Sequence record: NC_049851.1
Direction: 5' to 3' (one strand)
Length of the DNA: 64,000 nucleotides
In this document: piece after piece, positions 38,215 to 49,656 of the stretch
Layout of the letters: each line of letters opens with the position of its first letter
Position numbering within the stretch: the stretch's first letter is position 1
Notes under the pieces: generated by a model
What the model saw: the letters and a program-made list of their open reading frames with translations, nothing else
Told to the model about the DNA's origin: nothing
Database searches by the model: none
Made by a program: the position numbers and the translations under genes

Positions 38215-38862
38215 TTATTCGTCGTCGGTGTCGACCGCTCGGCCACGGCGCAGCTTCGGGGGAGCCTGCACGTTCTTGAACGCGGCAGGCAGGAAGCGGG
38301 ACGCACGCTTGAACATGCGGGTCACCGGATCGAGTTTCGTGAGTTCGACCGATTTCACGAGGCCGGACTTCATCGTCACTTCTTGGAAGACCTGCGCAAC
38401 GCGCGCCGTGATCGTGCCGTCTGCCGACTTCTTCGCGGCGCGAATCACGACCTTGAAGGTCTTGTCGGCCGGGAGACGCATGCTGCCCTTGATGCCTTCG
38501 GCACGCTCGCTCGCCTTGCCCGGGAACTTCTTGTCGTTCGTCGGCTTGAACGTGACGGCCGAGAGTCGCGACTGAATGCCGATGACGGTCGGCATGTCGT
38601 ACGACGCCATGTTTCGCTTCTTCTTGGCTTCAGCATCCGGGTTGTAGCGACCGATGTAGCGAGTTGCCACGATCTCGGAACCGAGAAGGCCGTCTGCTTC
38701 GGTCTTTACCACGACCTCCACGTAGTGTGGCGTGAAGTCTGCGGGGACGGGGAATGTGGGGAGCGGAGTGCGGGCCGGTCGAGTGCCGCCCGTGCCTTCA
38801 GCGACTTTCGTCGCACGCGTCGCCTGCGCTTTCGCAAGCGACTTCTTCTTCGTTGTTGCCAT
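38215..38862 (-). CDS. basic hypothetical protein
   Basis: Start MATTKKK behind AAGGA. Confidence 0.65.
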   Translation of the reverse strand: MATTKKKSLAKAQATRATKVAEGTGGTRPARTPLPTFPVPADFTPHYVEVVVKTEADGLLGSEIVATRYIGRYNPDAEAKKKRNMASYDMPTVIGIQSRLSAVTFKPTNDKKFPGKASERAEGIKGSMRLPADKTFKVVIRAAKKSADGTITARVAQVFQEVTMKSGLVKSVELTKLDPVTRMFKRASRFLPAAFKNVQAPPKLRRGRAVDTDDE

Positions 38863-39544
38863 TGATCCTTCCTTTACGGATGTGGTTGAGTTCAGCTTGC
38901 AGCGTGACCACGAGTTCAGCAAGACGCCTAGACGCAAGGCTTTTCGCAACATCGCGTTTGCCTTGTTGAAGGAGTCGAGCGATAGCGAATTCCGGCGTCG
39001 CCTGCAATATCGAGGTCGATACCACGGGACGCTGAATTTCTTGCTCGGCCCATTCGATGCCGGGGCCCTGCATCCACGCCAGATCGTGCCCATGCTCCAG
39101 CATGAGCCGTGTTTCGAGCAGGAATGTGAGATCACGCAGCAGATACGCTGTCTTTACTAGCTGGAACAATTCTGCGTCCCCGCCGTGGTCCGGATGAACT
39201 AGGGTCCGGACTTTTCGATACGCATCTGCAACCAGTTCCGTCTCTGCGTTGTACAGTTGTTCGGTGCCGAAACTGATGTACCCGGCTGCGGTTACGGGTT
39301 CGTGCGCCTCACGCACTGGCATACCGCGAGTCGCAAGCCGTATTTCGCGCCGGAGCCGCACGACAGTATCGTGACGCTCGTCTTCTTCATACAGGCTATT
39401 TACGGCGCGGAGAACAGAGGCGTGGAGGCGGTAGTACCGCTCGCGCGCAACCTTGATCTGTGCGCGCAGCGCGTGAAATCGAGCAATAGCAGCTATGTCG
39501 ATTTTGTTCGGGATCGCGAGCGCGGTCCCCGTGGATTTTTCCAT
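38798..39544 (-). CDS. J-domain (DnaJ-like) protein
   Basis: AYRKVRTLVHPDHGGDAELFQLVKTAY with HPD motif. Confidence 0.75.
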   Translation of the reverse strand: MEKSTGTALAIPNKIDIAAIARFHALRAQIKVARERYYRLHASVLRAVNSLYEEDERHDTVVRLRREIRLATRGMPVREAHEPVTAAGYISFGTEQLYNAETELVADAYRKVRTLVHPDHGGDAELFQLVKTAYLLRDLTFLLETRLMLEHGHDLAWMQGPGIEWAEQEIQRPVVSTSILQATPEFAIARLLQQGKRDVAKSLASRRLAELVVTLQAELNHIRKGRINGNNEEEVACESAGDACDESR

Positions 39545-39578
39545 AGTCGATCCTAAAACTGCTATTTACTCGAAGCCG

Positions 39579-42500
39579 TTACTGCGGCTCTTGCTTGACC
39601 GAGGCACCCGGCATGTTGCTCGCGATCCAGTTCTGGGCCTCGATTGCGTTGTTGAACGTGCGGATCGCGTGGCGGCTCTTCACGACCTCACCGAATTCGT
39701 TCTGCGATTCGGCTTTCTTGTCGGTGTCGAGCAGAGGAATCCATTCCTTCTGGCCCGGATTGCGGATCATGACGATCCAGTGCGGCGCGCTGTACTGGAC
39801 AGCGGCTTCGATCACTTGAGCCTTACGGCCACCGACGATGCGTGAGAACAGGGACATGAAACCTCCTTCAGATGTAAAGTTCGTTGTCTGCGGACTTGCC
39901 AGCATAAACCTTATCGGTTTTGATGTCAAGCAACTCGATCAGGTCGATGTTCAGGTGGTCGGCAAGCGTAGCCACCACTTCGACGAGACGTTCGTACTTC
40001 TCTTCGATGCCGGGAGCACGGTACTGGTGATCCTTGGCGTTCAAATGCTCGTGGAGCACCTGTGCCGAGGACGAGAAAATCTCCACGCCGTCGTCATACA
40101 CATGCTTGTACGTATAGCTCATGCTTCCTCCTTAACGCTTGACGCGGAAAACAACGTCTTCAGCATCAGAGACCGCGCGCTCGCGTTCCCGACGCCAAAA
40201 TTCCGATTGCAGGGGTTGGTGTTCGTCATCGACCTCGACGTTTTGGGGCTCGGCGCGTGTTCGGACCACGGCACCCACGCCACCGCCAGCAAGAAACGCT
40301 GCCAGATTCGTGAGAAGGATCATGAGAACGAGAACCACCATCGAAAGCTGGCGCTGGGCCAGAGTGCCTTCGAGGGATACCATGTTCCAGACCTGTACGC
40401 CGACCGTCAGGATAGCGCCGATTACGTACGCAACCTTAAAGCGTTTCCAGTTCATTAGAACTCCTGCTCGCGTTCCAGCGGCAGCACCTTCCAGTCGTCG
40501 CTGTCGTTGGGGTTGACAGTGCCGCACATACTGTAGTCCTCGTGGTTGATCGGGGTACACACTTCACCGAACTCGCGCTTGAACACCGGGCGGTATTCCA
40601 GCGGCCGACGGCCTTCGCTCGGACCTTCCGTGTACACAAGGCTCTCGCCCTTGTACAGGAAGAAAAACTGGCCGTTGATCTCGACACCGAGTTCAGCGTT
40701 GCTGTTGACCACCCACTTTACGTCTTCGGCAGTGAGGCGGACAGGCGACAGGCGCGGGCGCAGTGCATCGACGACAGCGTTCACGACCTCGAAGCAGGCT
40801 TCACGGCCCAACTGGACGCGCGCGTTCAACGAGAGTTCAGGGAACGGGAGTTTCATGCCGTTGACGATGTGTGCCAACTCTTCGATTTCGGCCTCGGACA
40901 GGGTTTGACCGGGCGGTACGTCCAGATCGGTCAGCGCAGCCGCAACGTGCTCCAGTTGATAGCGTGCTTCGTTGATAATGGAGCGTGCTTCGTAGAGGTC
41001 CATATGTTTCTCCTTGAATTTGTCAGTCCGAGTATTCTGCCGGATGCTTACTGCGTTGTCAACCGTTTTGTTCGATTTCCTCGCGGTGTGCTTCGGCCTG
41101 CACCTTCAACTTGGCCTGCACCTGATCTGCGTAGTGTTGCAGGTCTGCGTGCGACTGGAGAAGGCGCGTCAGCGCCGTAGCCAGCTTTTGTTCGCCATAG
41201 GTACACGTGCAGTCCGAAAGTTCGACGGCCACGGCGTTCAGGAACGACAGATCGTCGTTTTTCAGTACGGGGTACGGGTATTGCATGTTTCTCTCCTTTA
41301 CGCGGGAAGGGTCCAGTCGTCGTTCATCATGCTCACGATAAGCGGGAAGCACTTGGTCTCGCGTCGGTGGCACGCGTTCTCCGCACCACAGCCATGATGG
41401 CACTTACCACCATCTTGGCAGTAACCGGCTTCGCGCAACGAGCCCTGCACGTTTGCGATGTACTGCTGCATTCTAGCAGACAGTCCAGTGTAACGCAGGG
41501 ACCGCAGTTGGCGGACCATACGATACGCCGCATCCGTGAGTTCAGTGCGATTCTCCAGAGGTTCCGATAGGTATTGGCATGTCGGGTCCTCGATGATGCG
41601 CGTCGTGATCTCGATCTCGTTTTCAAGTTCGGCAACACGGCGGCTGCTGAACGTGATGCGCCCGAACTTCCACGATTGGTACATGGCCTCGACCACGCGA
41701 TTCGTGAACGTCTCGCACTCGCTCTGTACGAATGCGATGTCGGGATGGGTCACGAGTTCGGGGATCGCGTCGATCAGGGCGTGCAGGACTGCTGGATCGT
41801 CTTCGATTTCTTGACGGAACTCTTCGCGGGTGTTCAGTTTCGTCATTGTGCGGCCCGGAACGATTCGAGAAGGATGCCGAACTCGCGGACGCGGCGGCGC
41901 GCATCTTCCGCGAACTCATCGCCCATGCGAAGACGTGCGACCGGCGTATCGAAAGCGCCAGTGAACGCGGCGAACGTGTCGTGCCACGTGGTGACCAGAT
42001 CGTCGAGCGTGATCGGTGCGACATCGAGGATACCGGCCTCTGCCTTAGCCTTGATCCACTCCGAGTTCAGGTACTCACGGCCCGGCCCGTAGGTGTCGCC
42101 GTCACGGAGTGACAGCATGTAGCCATCGGGACTCTTCTTGTCGAGATACGCTTCCATATGCGCGACGTACCGCGCCTCGAACTGTGCGCGCACCTCGTTG
42201 TAGCGCTCCTGATCCTCAGCCTTCAAATTCAGCATCTTCAACTTCCTCCACTTCGTCAGTTTTGCGGAACCACGGGAGCGCGAACACGAGAAGCACGAAC
42301 GCGGCCCATGCGTATGGGGTGTACCACGGCCAGACCTCCGATTCAGTGTAGGCAAAAACGCCCGAGATCGAAAGCAGTCCGAGAAGCATAACCAAGATTT
42401 GCATTTCAGTCAAGACTTTCGTCATTTCGTGCATAGCGCACAACGACCTTCGTGCGTTTGAGAACCGGGACACGGCGTCGTGCCGCCCGGATCATGTCGC

Positions 42501-43226
42501 GCATGGCCGGAATATCGAGGTCATTCACGTCCTCCGGATCAGCCTCGTAATCGAACTCGACGACCTTCACATACCCTTCGGCGCTATCGAAGTGCGAGGT
42601 CTCGCCCCCGAGTTCGGCTTCGAGACGACGCGCGAAGATCGCGGATTGGGCCTCCAGTTCGGCCAGTTCCTGACGCATGTCCCGGATTTTGCGCTGGACC
42701 TTGTGAAGTTGATCCCCGAGTTCCTGAGCCCTCCTGCTGGTTGCGTGATTCATTTACTACCTCCGTTCATAAAGTTCGTGTGCACGCACTATAACACGCG
42801 TGCGCAAAAGAACGCAAGCACAAAATGAAAAACCCCGGAAACCTTTCGGGTCCGGGGGCTTGACCATCAGACAAGGATGTTCATCTGGTGGTAGTTGATG
42901 CGGTCACGCAGGCGCGCGATCTCGTTCATGGCGTTGACGAGAGCGACTTCGACCGGAGACGGGTCGAGGCTGATGCCGTACGGAGCGGGGCTTGGCTCCG
43001 ATCCCACGCAGTTCTGCAACTCGGAGAATTCCGACTGCGGGAGATACGGTTCGAGCGTGTTCCGGAGTGTCGAAAGTGCAGAGTGCGTGCTGCTGATCTC
43101 GACTTCGAGATTGGCGAGCAGGTTGCCGAGTCGCGTGCTCTCCGCACCCGCATTCGACGTTGCTTTTGCGGTCGACATGGCTGTCGACGGCCCGGTTGAG
43201 CATTGCGCGTTCTGTAGTTTGTACAT
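39579..43226 (-). other. run of small hypothetical ORFs (39579-39857, 39868-40122, 40132-40455 membrane, 40455-41003, 41059-41286, 41298-41846, 41843-42235, 42216-42425 membrane, 42406-42753, 42867-43226)
   Basis: Coupled ORFs with RBSs; promoter TTGACA-17-CAGAAT at 41034-41062; terminator near 42830-42860. Confidence 0.6.
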
Positions 43227-43230
43227 TTGC

Positions 43231-43749
43231 TTAGGTTTCCTGTTTGAGTCGTTCGAGAAGCGATATCGCTTCCTCAAGACTGTTGATGTAGTTGCTGATG
43301 GAGCAATCGTCGAATATGGCGCTGTAGAAGTCAGCGACCAGCGGATGCGGCTCCAACGCAATTACTCGGTACGAAAGTGCCCACACCTCTTCCGAGAACG
43401 TGTCATTCGCGTACATGCAGTCGACGACATGCGCAGGATTCTTCAGCACGAACAGCGATAGCCTGTCGAGTTCACGACGGAGATACCAGAGCGCCTTGTC
43501 GATATCCTGACGTGCCTTACCCTTGTCACCACGACGATACACGTACTTGAATGCGTTACCGACGTTGAAAAGCATTAGCTCCGCAATGTCTACGCATTCT
43601 ACTCCACTCGGATGAGTGTTGTAGTGCTTCGGGTGATTGACATGTTCGTAGTCCGGATGATGTACTGTCAACGGCACTGCCGTGTTAGGCGGCAGTACCA
43701 TCGACTCCGGGACCGCGAACGGATGCCTCTTTGGAATTTCAAAATTCAT
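43231..43749 (-). CDS. DUF3310-domain protein
   Basis: VNHPKHY...GVECVDI....FNVGNAFKY.YR.G.KG...QDI.KA.WYL. Confidence 0.8.
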   Translation of the reverse strand: MNFEIPKRHPFAVPESMVLPPNTAVPLTVHHPDYEHVNHPKHYNTHPSGVECVDIAELMLFNVGNAFKYVYRRGDKGKARQDIDKALWYLRRELDRLSLFVLKNPAHVVDCMYANDTFSEEVWALSYRVIALEPHPLVADFYSAIFDDCSISNYINSLEEAISLLERLKQET

Positions 43750-43765
43750 CCGTCGTCCTCAGCTA

Positions 43766-44491
43766 TTACTTGCCCTTTGCCGCGTCCTTCTCGGCATAGC
43801 GTGCGATGCGCGCCTGAAGCTGCGCGCTCGTCTTCGGCTTGTCCTGAAGAATCTTGGCCAGATAGCGAACTTCGCGACGCGAGAACTTGGCGCGGGCCCG
43901 GATCGCGTTCAGAGCGCCGATATCGGTCTCGTTACGCAGGCGATCTGCCCACATCGAGAAGCTGGCCTTCAGACCGTTCTCGTCGAGTTCCAGACCTGCT
44001 TGTGCTGCCTTCGCCACGTTGACCGTGCTGTAGCCGTCGTCGGCACCGAACACTTCCACGTCGTCGGTAAGGATCGTATTGTCCTCGCCTCGGATTTCGA
44101 GTGCCGATTGGTTGATCGACTTCGGAGCGCCTTGATCCTTCACGTGCTTGTCAGCGTTCAGGAGGCGACGCTCTTCTTCGACTGCGCCTTCTTGGTTCAT
44201 CATGCGCGCGGCCGTAGCCTCGTCGATGAGTGTGATCAGGCCGTTGATGACTGCCGTGCGGAACTGCGTCGATTCGAGCACGCGCTTGCGGCCGAAGCGT
44301 GCAGCCGCGTCCATCGGAAGCCACGTCTGGCGGATGACCAGCGGGTCCGACTTCGCGCCGTTTGCTTGCGGGATGTCGAGCACGACGTTGCCGCTCAGTT
44401 CGTATTTCGAGGACGCGGCGCTGTTCACGCACCAGACGGGACCGATCGGTTGTGCGTCCAGATCGGACAGGGAAAGACGTTTGATACCCAT
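43766..44491 (-). CDS. hypothetical protein, paralogue of 47089-47712
   Basis: GP.W.VN..NG..SDP..I..TWLP.D. Confidence 0.7.
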   Translation of the reverse strand: MGIKRLSLSDLDAQPIGPVWCVNSAASSKYELSGNVVLDIPQANGAKSDPLVIRQTWLPMDAAARFGRKRVLESTQFRTAVINGLITLIDEATAARMMNQEGAVEEERRLLNADKHVKDQGAPKSINQSALEIRGEDNTILTDDVEVFGADDGYSTVNVAKAAQAGLELDENGLKASFSMWADRLRNETDIGALNAIRARAKFSRREVRYLAKILQDKPKTSAQLQARIARYAEKDAAKGK

Positions 44492-44587
44492 AAGTACTCC
44501 AAAATGTTTTGTTTGCGGGGCGGTCCGCTTGTGTGTTTCAGGTTTTGCTTATTTTGTGAGTAGCATTGATTATTTACTACACACGAT

Positions 44588-46059
44588 TTACTCGGTGATT
44601 TCCTTCTTGAGCCGTTCGGTAACCACACGAATCACTATAGGCTGAAGTTCTTCGGACACCGTAGGAAGTCCTACAAGCAGCGCGTAATCGTTCATCGTGA
44701 GTTCCGTGTCATCAGAAAACGACGGATCATATGCGCACCGCCCAGTCTCCCGATGCTTCCACATGCAACCCGTGCCAGCGGGCAGCGGGCACACAGAGGT
44801 CACCAACTGCTTGTCGATCATCGCGCAGTAGGTTCCAATTTCTTGTTTCTCTTCCATGATTCGTTAGGATTTCTAAGTACCGAGCGTACGAAAAAGCCCG
44901 GTTTCCCGGGCCCGCTTAGAACAGGTAGTAGACGATGTTGGACTCGTCTGCCACGCGAATGAAGTCTTCAAACCGCAGTTGCAGTGTGTCGGTCTTCATG
45001 TAGACCAGATTATTGACTGCAAGCCGCAATTCTCGATCCTCGACCCACGCGTCTGGGTCGATGAGCATCAGCACACTGATCTCGCTCAGGCGGTCGATGA
45101 TAGCGTACCAGTCGGCATCGGCAATACCAATGTGATCTGCACCGAACTCTTTGACAAGCGCTTGTACCGATGTGCAGACAAAGAATCGGCGGTGCACCAG
45201 CGGCACAACGTAGGCCGTGATGCCGGGCTGAGGGACAGGGCGCGGGACCTCGGTGACGCGAATGAAGTCTTCCATGATCAGTCGTTCTTGGCGTGGCAGG
45301 CAGCGGTATCACCGCCGAAGTGGAGGCTCAGGATGTTGAAGGGGATGGTGCCAAGCGTCGCGCGCGTCTGCTCCATGCGACCGAACACGTAGCCTTCTTC
45401 CATCGGCTTCAGTTGGTACGGCGTGAAGTTTAGGAACATGATGACGTTGCGGTCACGGAACTCGTCATATGGAAGGCCCTGCTCACCGACGCGGATTTCG
45501 AGAAATTCGAGATCGGGATATGCCTCGCGATTGTCACGTAGGAAGTACTGGGCCGTTCCTACCTCGTTGTTGACGACTACTACAGTCAGCTTCTCTTCGA
45601 GGCCAAGGGCGGCGTTAGCGGCAACCGCTTCGAGGATATTCTTTTGTTTGGTCATTTGCGTACCCATTATTCGACTCGGAGAATGAGGTATTCTGGCGGC
45701 AGGTGCGATGCATACGACGCGGACAGTAGGCTGTTGTATAGGCCACGCACGATGCCTAGATTGAATTGATCTGGGTCGACACACGCGTCGAATATGACTA
45801 GCACGCGGCTAGTGCCGCGAACACGTGAGTCGGTGAGGGCGTCCGGATGGCACTGCATCAGGCCCAAATCGGACTCTTCCTTGAACTCGGACCCGAGCGC
45901 GTTCCATACGGAACAGTCGCGTTCGGACACGAGCAGGATTTCGAACACCACGCCCTCTGGAATGGCCTCGGACTTACGCACTGCATCGACGACCATGCGA
46001 GCACGTGTAACCGCAGTTTCCATCTGATAGGCGGGTTCGTAGAATTTGCTGATGTTCAT
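44588..46059 (-). other. hypothetical ORFs 44588-44857, 44916-45275, 45278-45655, 45667-46059
   Basis: ORF track plus RBSs. Confidence 0.6.
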
Positions 46060-47078
46060 TTCACTACCTTGTTGAGGATGCGTTTTCTGGTCATCGCGAT
46101 TTGCTCGCGCATGCTCTGTTCAACGTCGAGTGCTTCGAGCCACACGTCGAAGAAATCGTCTACCTGAATCACGAGTTCTTCAGCGTTGTTCAGGTCTTCG
46201 GTCAGGACGGCCCGCAGGTCTTCCTTCGACCGGAAATTCTTGACGATTACGATGTTCTGGCGTCCTGCATAATCTGCGGCGCTCACGTCAGCACCGTCCT
46301 GAATCACGAGCTTCACCAGATCACGCTTGCCCCGAGGAATCGTTGCGAGATCGTCTCGACAAGAGATCACCACCGTATGCAACTTGAAACGAGGATCGTG
46401 CTCGATCAACTCAATTTCGTTGTCCGTATCGTTACGGTAGTTGATGTGATGGAAGTACTTGGGCAGCGACTCACCGAAGTTCGTCTGGTACAGGGTGCCG
46501 GAATAGTGCGTGTTGCGGACGCTGTGTGCGGTATGCAGGTGACCGCCAACCGCAATCAGTTTCGACTTCGGTGAGCCTTCCTTCTTGTGTACGCGCCCAC
46601 TGTCAGTCTTCGACCCGTACACCTCGTTGTGGAACACGTTGAGGTGGCCCGGCTGGAATGCGGTGCTCGGGTACGGAAGGAAATTGACGAGTGCCCGGTC
46701 GATCTTGACCTGCGTCGGCTCCGTGTAAAGCCGGAAGTTCGGGAGTCCGAACAGGATGAGCAGTTCGAGTGAGTGGCCGTTCTCCGCAAGTTCTGAGAAC
46801 ATGTCGTGGTTGCCCAAGATCACGTGGAACTCGATGTCCGGATACTCGTTGAGCAGGGCCACAAGTTCGCGCATAGCCTGATACGACATCCGCGTACCGT
46901 TGCACACGTCACCATACAGGAACAGCTTGTCGATCCCGTTCTCCTGCGCGTACTTTATCGGGCCACGTCGGACTTCGTTCAGGATCACGCGATCCGAGTT
47001 CTCCACGTACTTCGAGAGGCCACCGTCACCGGTCTGGTCTGACAGGTGAAGGTCACCAACTCCTACAAATTCAGCCAC
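46056..47078 (-). CDS. Mre11/SbcD/T4 gp47-like recombination nuclease
   Basis: GDLHL, YGDV, LGNHD, GHLH motifs; 340 aa. Confidence 0.8.
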   Translation of the reverse strand: MAEFVGVGDLHLSDQTGDGGLSKYVENSDRVILNEVRRGPIKYAQENGIDKLFLYGDVCNGTRMSYQAMRELVALLNEYPDIEFHVILGNHDMFSELAENGHSLELLILFGLPNFRLYTEPTQVKIDRALVNFLPYPSTAFQPGHLNVFHNEVYGSKTDSGRVHKKEGSPKSKLIAVGGHLHTAHSVRNTHYSGTLYQTNFGESLPKYFHHINYRNDTDNEIELIEHDPRFKLHTVVISCRDDLATIPRGKRDLVKLVIQDGADVSAADYAGRQNIVIVKNFRSKEDLRAVLTEDLNNAEELVIQVDDFFDVWLEALDVEQSMREQIAMTRKRILNKVVK

Positions 47079-47088
47079 TCAATACTCC

Positions 47089-47712
47089 TTAATAATCGTA
47101 ACTCATGATATGGGCAGTCACAGGCCAGCGCGGCTGGACACGACGGCTTGCCGTGATGCTGTCGAACCTCTCCTGCTCGGCTTTGGCCTCCGGCGTTTCG
47201 AGGATTGCGGCAGCGCGCTCAGGGCTCACGACAGTGACGAGTTCCAAGTCTAGGAGACGCTGGAACGATTTGTTGTTGCGAAGGTCCACGATGGGAAGGC
47301 GGATATCGAGCGGGAGCCACGTGGCCGGAATCTTGAACGGGCTGGTTTCGCTGCCGTTCGGGTTGTAGCGCTTGACGAGCAGGTCTGCGAACTGACAAGG
47401 CGAGTGCGCAACATAGCCGCTCGTGTTCGACGTGTTGATCACGAAGAACGGGCCGTGATAATCCGGGTTGAGCAGGTTGTCGATAGCCTGCCCTTTCGTC
47501 CAGTCTTTGATAGGCGCGTGTGTAGGATGATCTTTGAGGCGCAGGAACTTCAGCAGCCGTTCGAGACGACGCGGAATGTATGCGTCACCGATACCCATCT
47601 TCGTGGCATCGAGCGGTACGAATTCGGGGAAGGCCGCGAGCGCCGGGCGCACTTTCTCGCGGCTGTAGAAACCATTCTCACCGAACGTCGTCGGGTTGTT
47701 GCTGTGACTCAT
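47089..47712 (-). CDS. hypothetical protein, paralogue of 43766-44491
   Basis: GPFFVIN..NG..TSP.KIPATWLPLD. Confidence 0.7.
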   Translation of the reverse strand: MSHSNNPTTFGENGFYSREKVRPALAAFPEFVPLDATKMGIGDAYIPRRLERLLKFLRLKDHPTHAPIKDWTKGQAIDNLLNPDYHGPFFVINTSNTSGYVAHSPCQFADLLVKRYNPNGSETSPFKIPATWLPLDIRLPIVDLRNNKSFQRLLDLELVTVVSPERAAAILETPEAKAEQERFDSITASRRVQPRWPVTAHIMSYDY

Positions 47713-47748
47713 GGTCGCCTCCTTGGGCGTGTAATTGATTACTTCACA

Positions 47749-49656
47749 TTATTTACTAGACTCCTTTTCGGCGCGTGCCCGGGCCAGAGCCTGAATTTCT
47801 GCGACCTGCGCGAGCGCCGTGTCCGCAGTCTCTGCATCACCTTTCTGCTTGGCACGTGTCGCCTTCACCCGCAACTTGTTGATCAGCGTCGACTCGTCCT
47901 TAGTGAGTTCAAGTTTCACGCGTTTCTTCGGAGCTTCGGCCTGCACGACCTCCCGCTGAGCCTGCTTGAATTTGTTGTAGTTCCACATCATGTACTCACC
48001 GCGATTGATCATGGCCTGATGCATGAGCGTCGGCGCATGGTTGTAGCGATGGTGCAGCTTTTCTGCCAGACCAAGTGTCGGGACGATGGCCAGCATCGGG
48101 CTCTCGCTGTCGTGATCACGAATGTTTCCACGACCTAGACACTGGATTGCGCGGTCCACCACATAGTCCTCGTCCGGATCGTAGCCCGGCGTACCATCCT
48201 CGTGAGGACGGCCCAACAGGAACTGAAGCAGTCGACCAAGTTGGGGCCACGGGTTGATGGCCGCGTGAAAGACCACGGCATTACAGCCCATGTACTTGTT
48301 GATACCGGGCGCGCGAGCGTGCGACATAAAGCGCATCATCTTGCGGTTGTACTCGTACTTTTCACGATGGCTCTCGTTGATGAAGAGCAGAGCCTTGTTC
48401 TCGCGTCCGTGTTTTGCGCGCCACTGGCGAAGTACGGACTCCGATTGATCAAGCAACCACTCCATGATGTCGATGTGTGCGTGCGCATTCTCCGTGATGT
48501 AACGCACGATGTCACGATCCTCCTGCTTCGTGTCACCGTAGAACTCGGGATCACGATGACGACCGACCGCACGCTGGATGTCAGTCGTGTTGAGGCCAGT
48601 ACGCTGCATCCAGTTCCCGAGTTTCGTGATCTGGTCCTTCGGCAGAATGAACCCGAAGTCGTACTGACGGATGGCGGGGACGCGAGAGTCACGGAGCAGC
48701 GGCACGATCACCAACTTCTCGTAGCGCCGGGCAATCCGCTCCATCGACGCCGTGTACCCAAGCTTCGTGTACTCGTTGAGGAACTGTCGGCTCACGTCGT
48801 TGAGGATCGCGTCTTCCCACTTCAGCAGGTGGTACATCTGCGAGTTCGTGAAGTCGGCGGCCATGATGTATACGTGCCGGAATCCGACGAACGGAAACGA
48901 GGGAAGCGAAATCTGAATCATCTTGCGCGCACTACCCTTACCCTCGAACAATCCATACGCACGCGTACGCGCAACACCGTCCTTCGTCGAGAGCGATGCG
49001 TGCAGATCGTCAAGCACAGCAAACTGCCGGGCCGCCGCCTTGCCGTTCAGCTTCGTGACCTTCTGGTTCTCTGGTATGTCGCGCGGGACCAGCGTACTGA
49101 TACCAGATGCCTCGTCCCCATCGAGTATAAGTGGATTGATGTCGAACAGGCGCTCCATGTAATTCTGGGTGTCGGCGTCCAGCTTGATCTTCTCCACGAT
49201 CTCGGCCCACTTACGGGCTTCATCGAAAATGACAGTGGTGTGCCGGAACATCGGGCTGGACTGTAGAGATAGGAAGCCTGCGTGGGTCATGAACAGAACG
49301 CACCCCGGGGTGAATGCGCGTGATTGCTTACCGTCGTTAGTGAATCCGTTCAGGATGTTAACGATTTGGTGCATGACGGATGTACTTGAATTGGCGCGCG
49401 CGTTATCACGCGAGTATGCGATACGAAGCATGAACCGCTCGCCCGGCGTGAGACCGGCCCGCAGTCGACGGTAAGTTTGACGAAGAAGCTGTCGAGAGGA
49501 CGCGACATAGAAAACGTAACGCGACTTACCACGCTCACCGTTGAGCCAAGTGCGGACGTGACGAGCCATGAACTCGCAAGCGGCCTCGGTCTTGCCGGTG
49601 CCGGGCGGTGCGTCCACGTAATTGATGATCAGCGGTGATTTCGATTCTTCCATCAT
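47749..49656 (-). CDS. P-loop helicase-like protein
   Basis: Walker A DAPPGTGKT, Walker B VIFDEA, C-terminal QCLGRGNIR motif-VI-like. Confidence 0.7.
   Translation of the reverse strand: MMEESKSPLIINYVDAPPGTGKTEAACEFMARHVRTWLNGERGKSRYVFYVASSRQLLRQTYRRLRAGLTPGERFMLRIAYSRDNARANSSTSVMHQIVNILNGFTNDGKQSRAFTPGCVLFMTHAGFLSLQSSPMFRHTTVIFDEARKWAEIVEKIKLDADTQNYMERLFDINPLILDGDEASGISTLVPRDIPENQKVTKLNGKAAARQFAVLDDLHASLSTKDGVARTRAYGLFEGKGSARKMIQISLPSFPFVGFRHVYIMAADFTNSQMYHLLKWEDAILNDVSRQFLNEYTKLGYTASMERIARRYEKLVIVPLLRDSRVPAIRQYDFGFILPKDQITKLGNWMQRTGLNTTDIQRAVGRHRDPEFYGDTKQEDRDIVRYITENAHAHIDIMEWLLDQSESVLRQWRAKHGRENKALLFINESHREKYEYNRKMMRFMSHARAPGINKYMGCNAVVFHAAINPWPQLGRLLQFLLGRPHEDGTPGYDPDEDYVVDRAIQCLGRGNIRDHDSESPMLAIVPTLGLAEKLHHRYNHAPTLMHQAMINRGEYMMWNYNKFKQAQREVVQAEAPKKRVKLELTKDESTLINKLRVKATRAKQKGDAETADTALAQVAEIQALARARAEKESSK

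Noticed and set aside
42745-42765. GTAGTAAATG as another AGTAAATA promoter
   Set aside because: It is the spacer between a GGAGG RBS and the ATG of 42406-42753, so probably coincidental.
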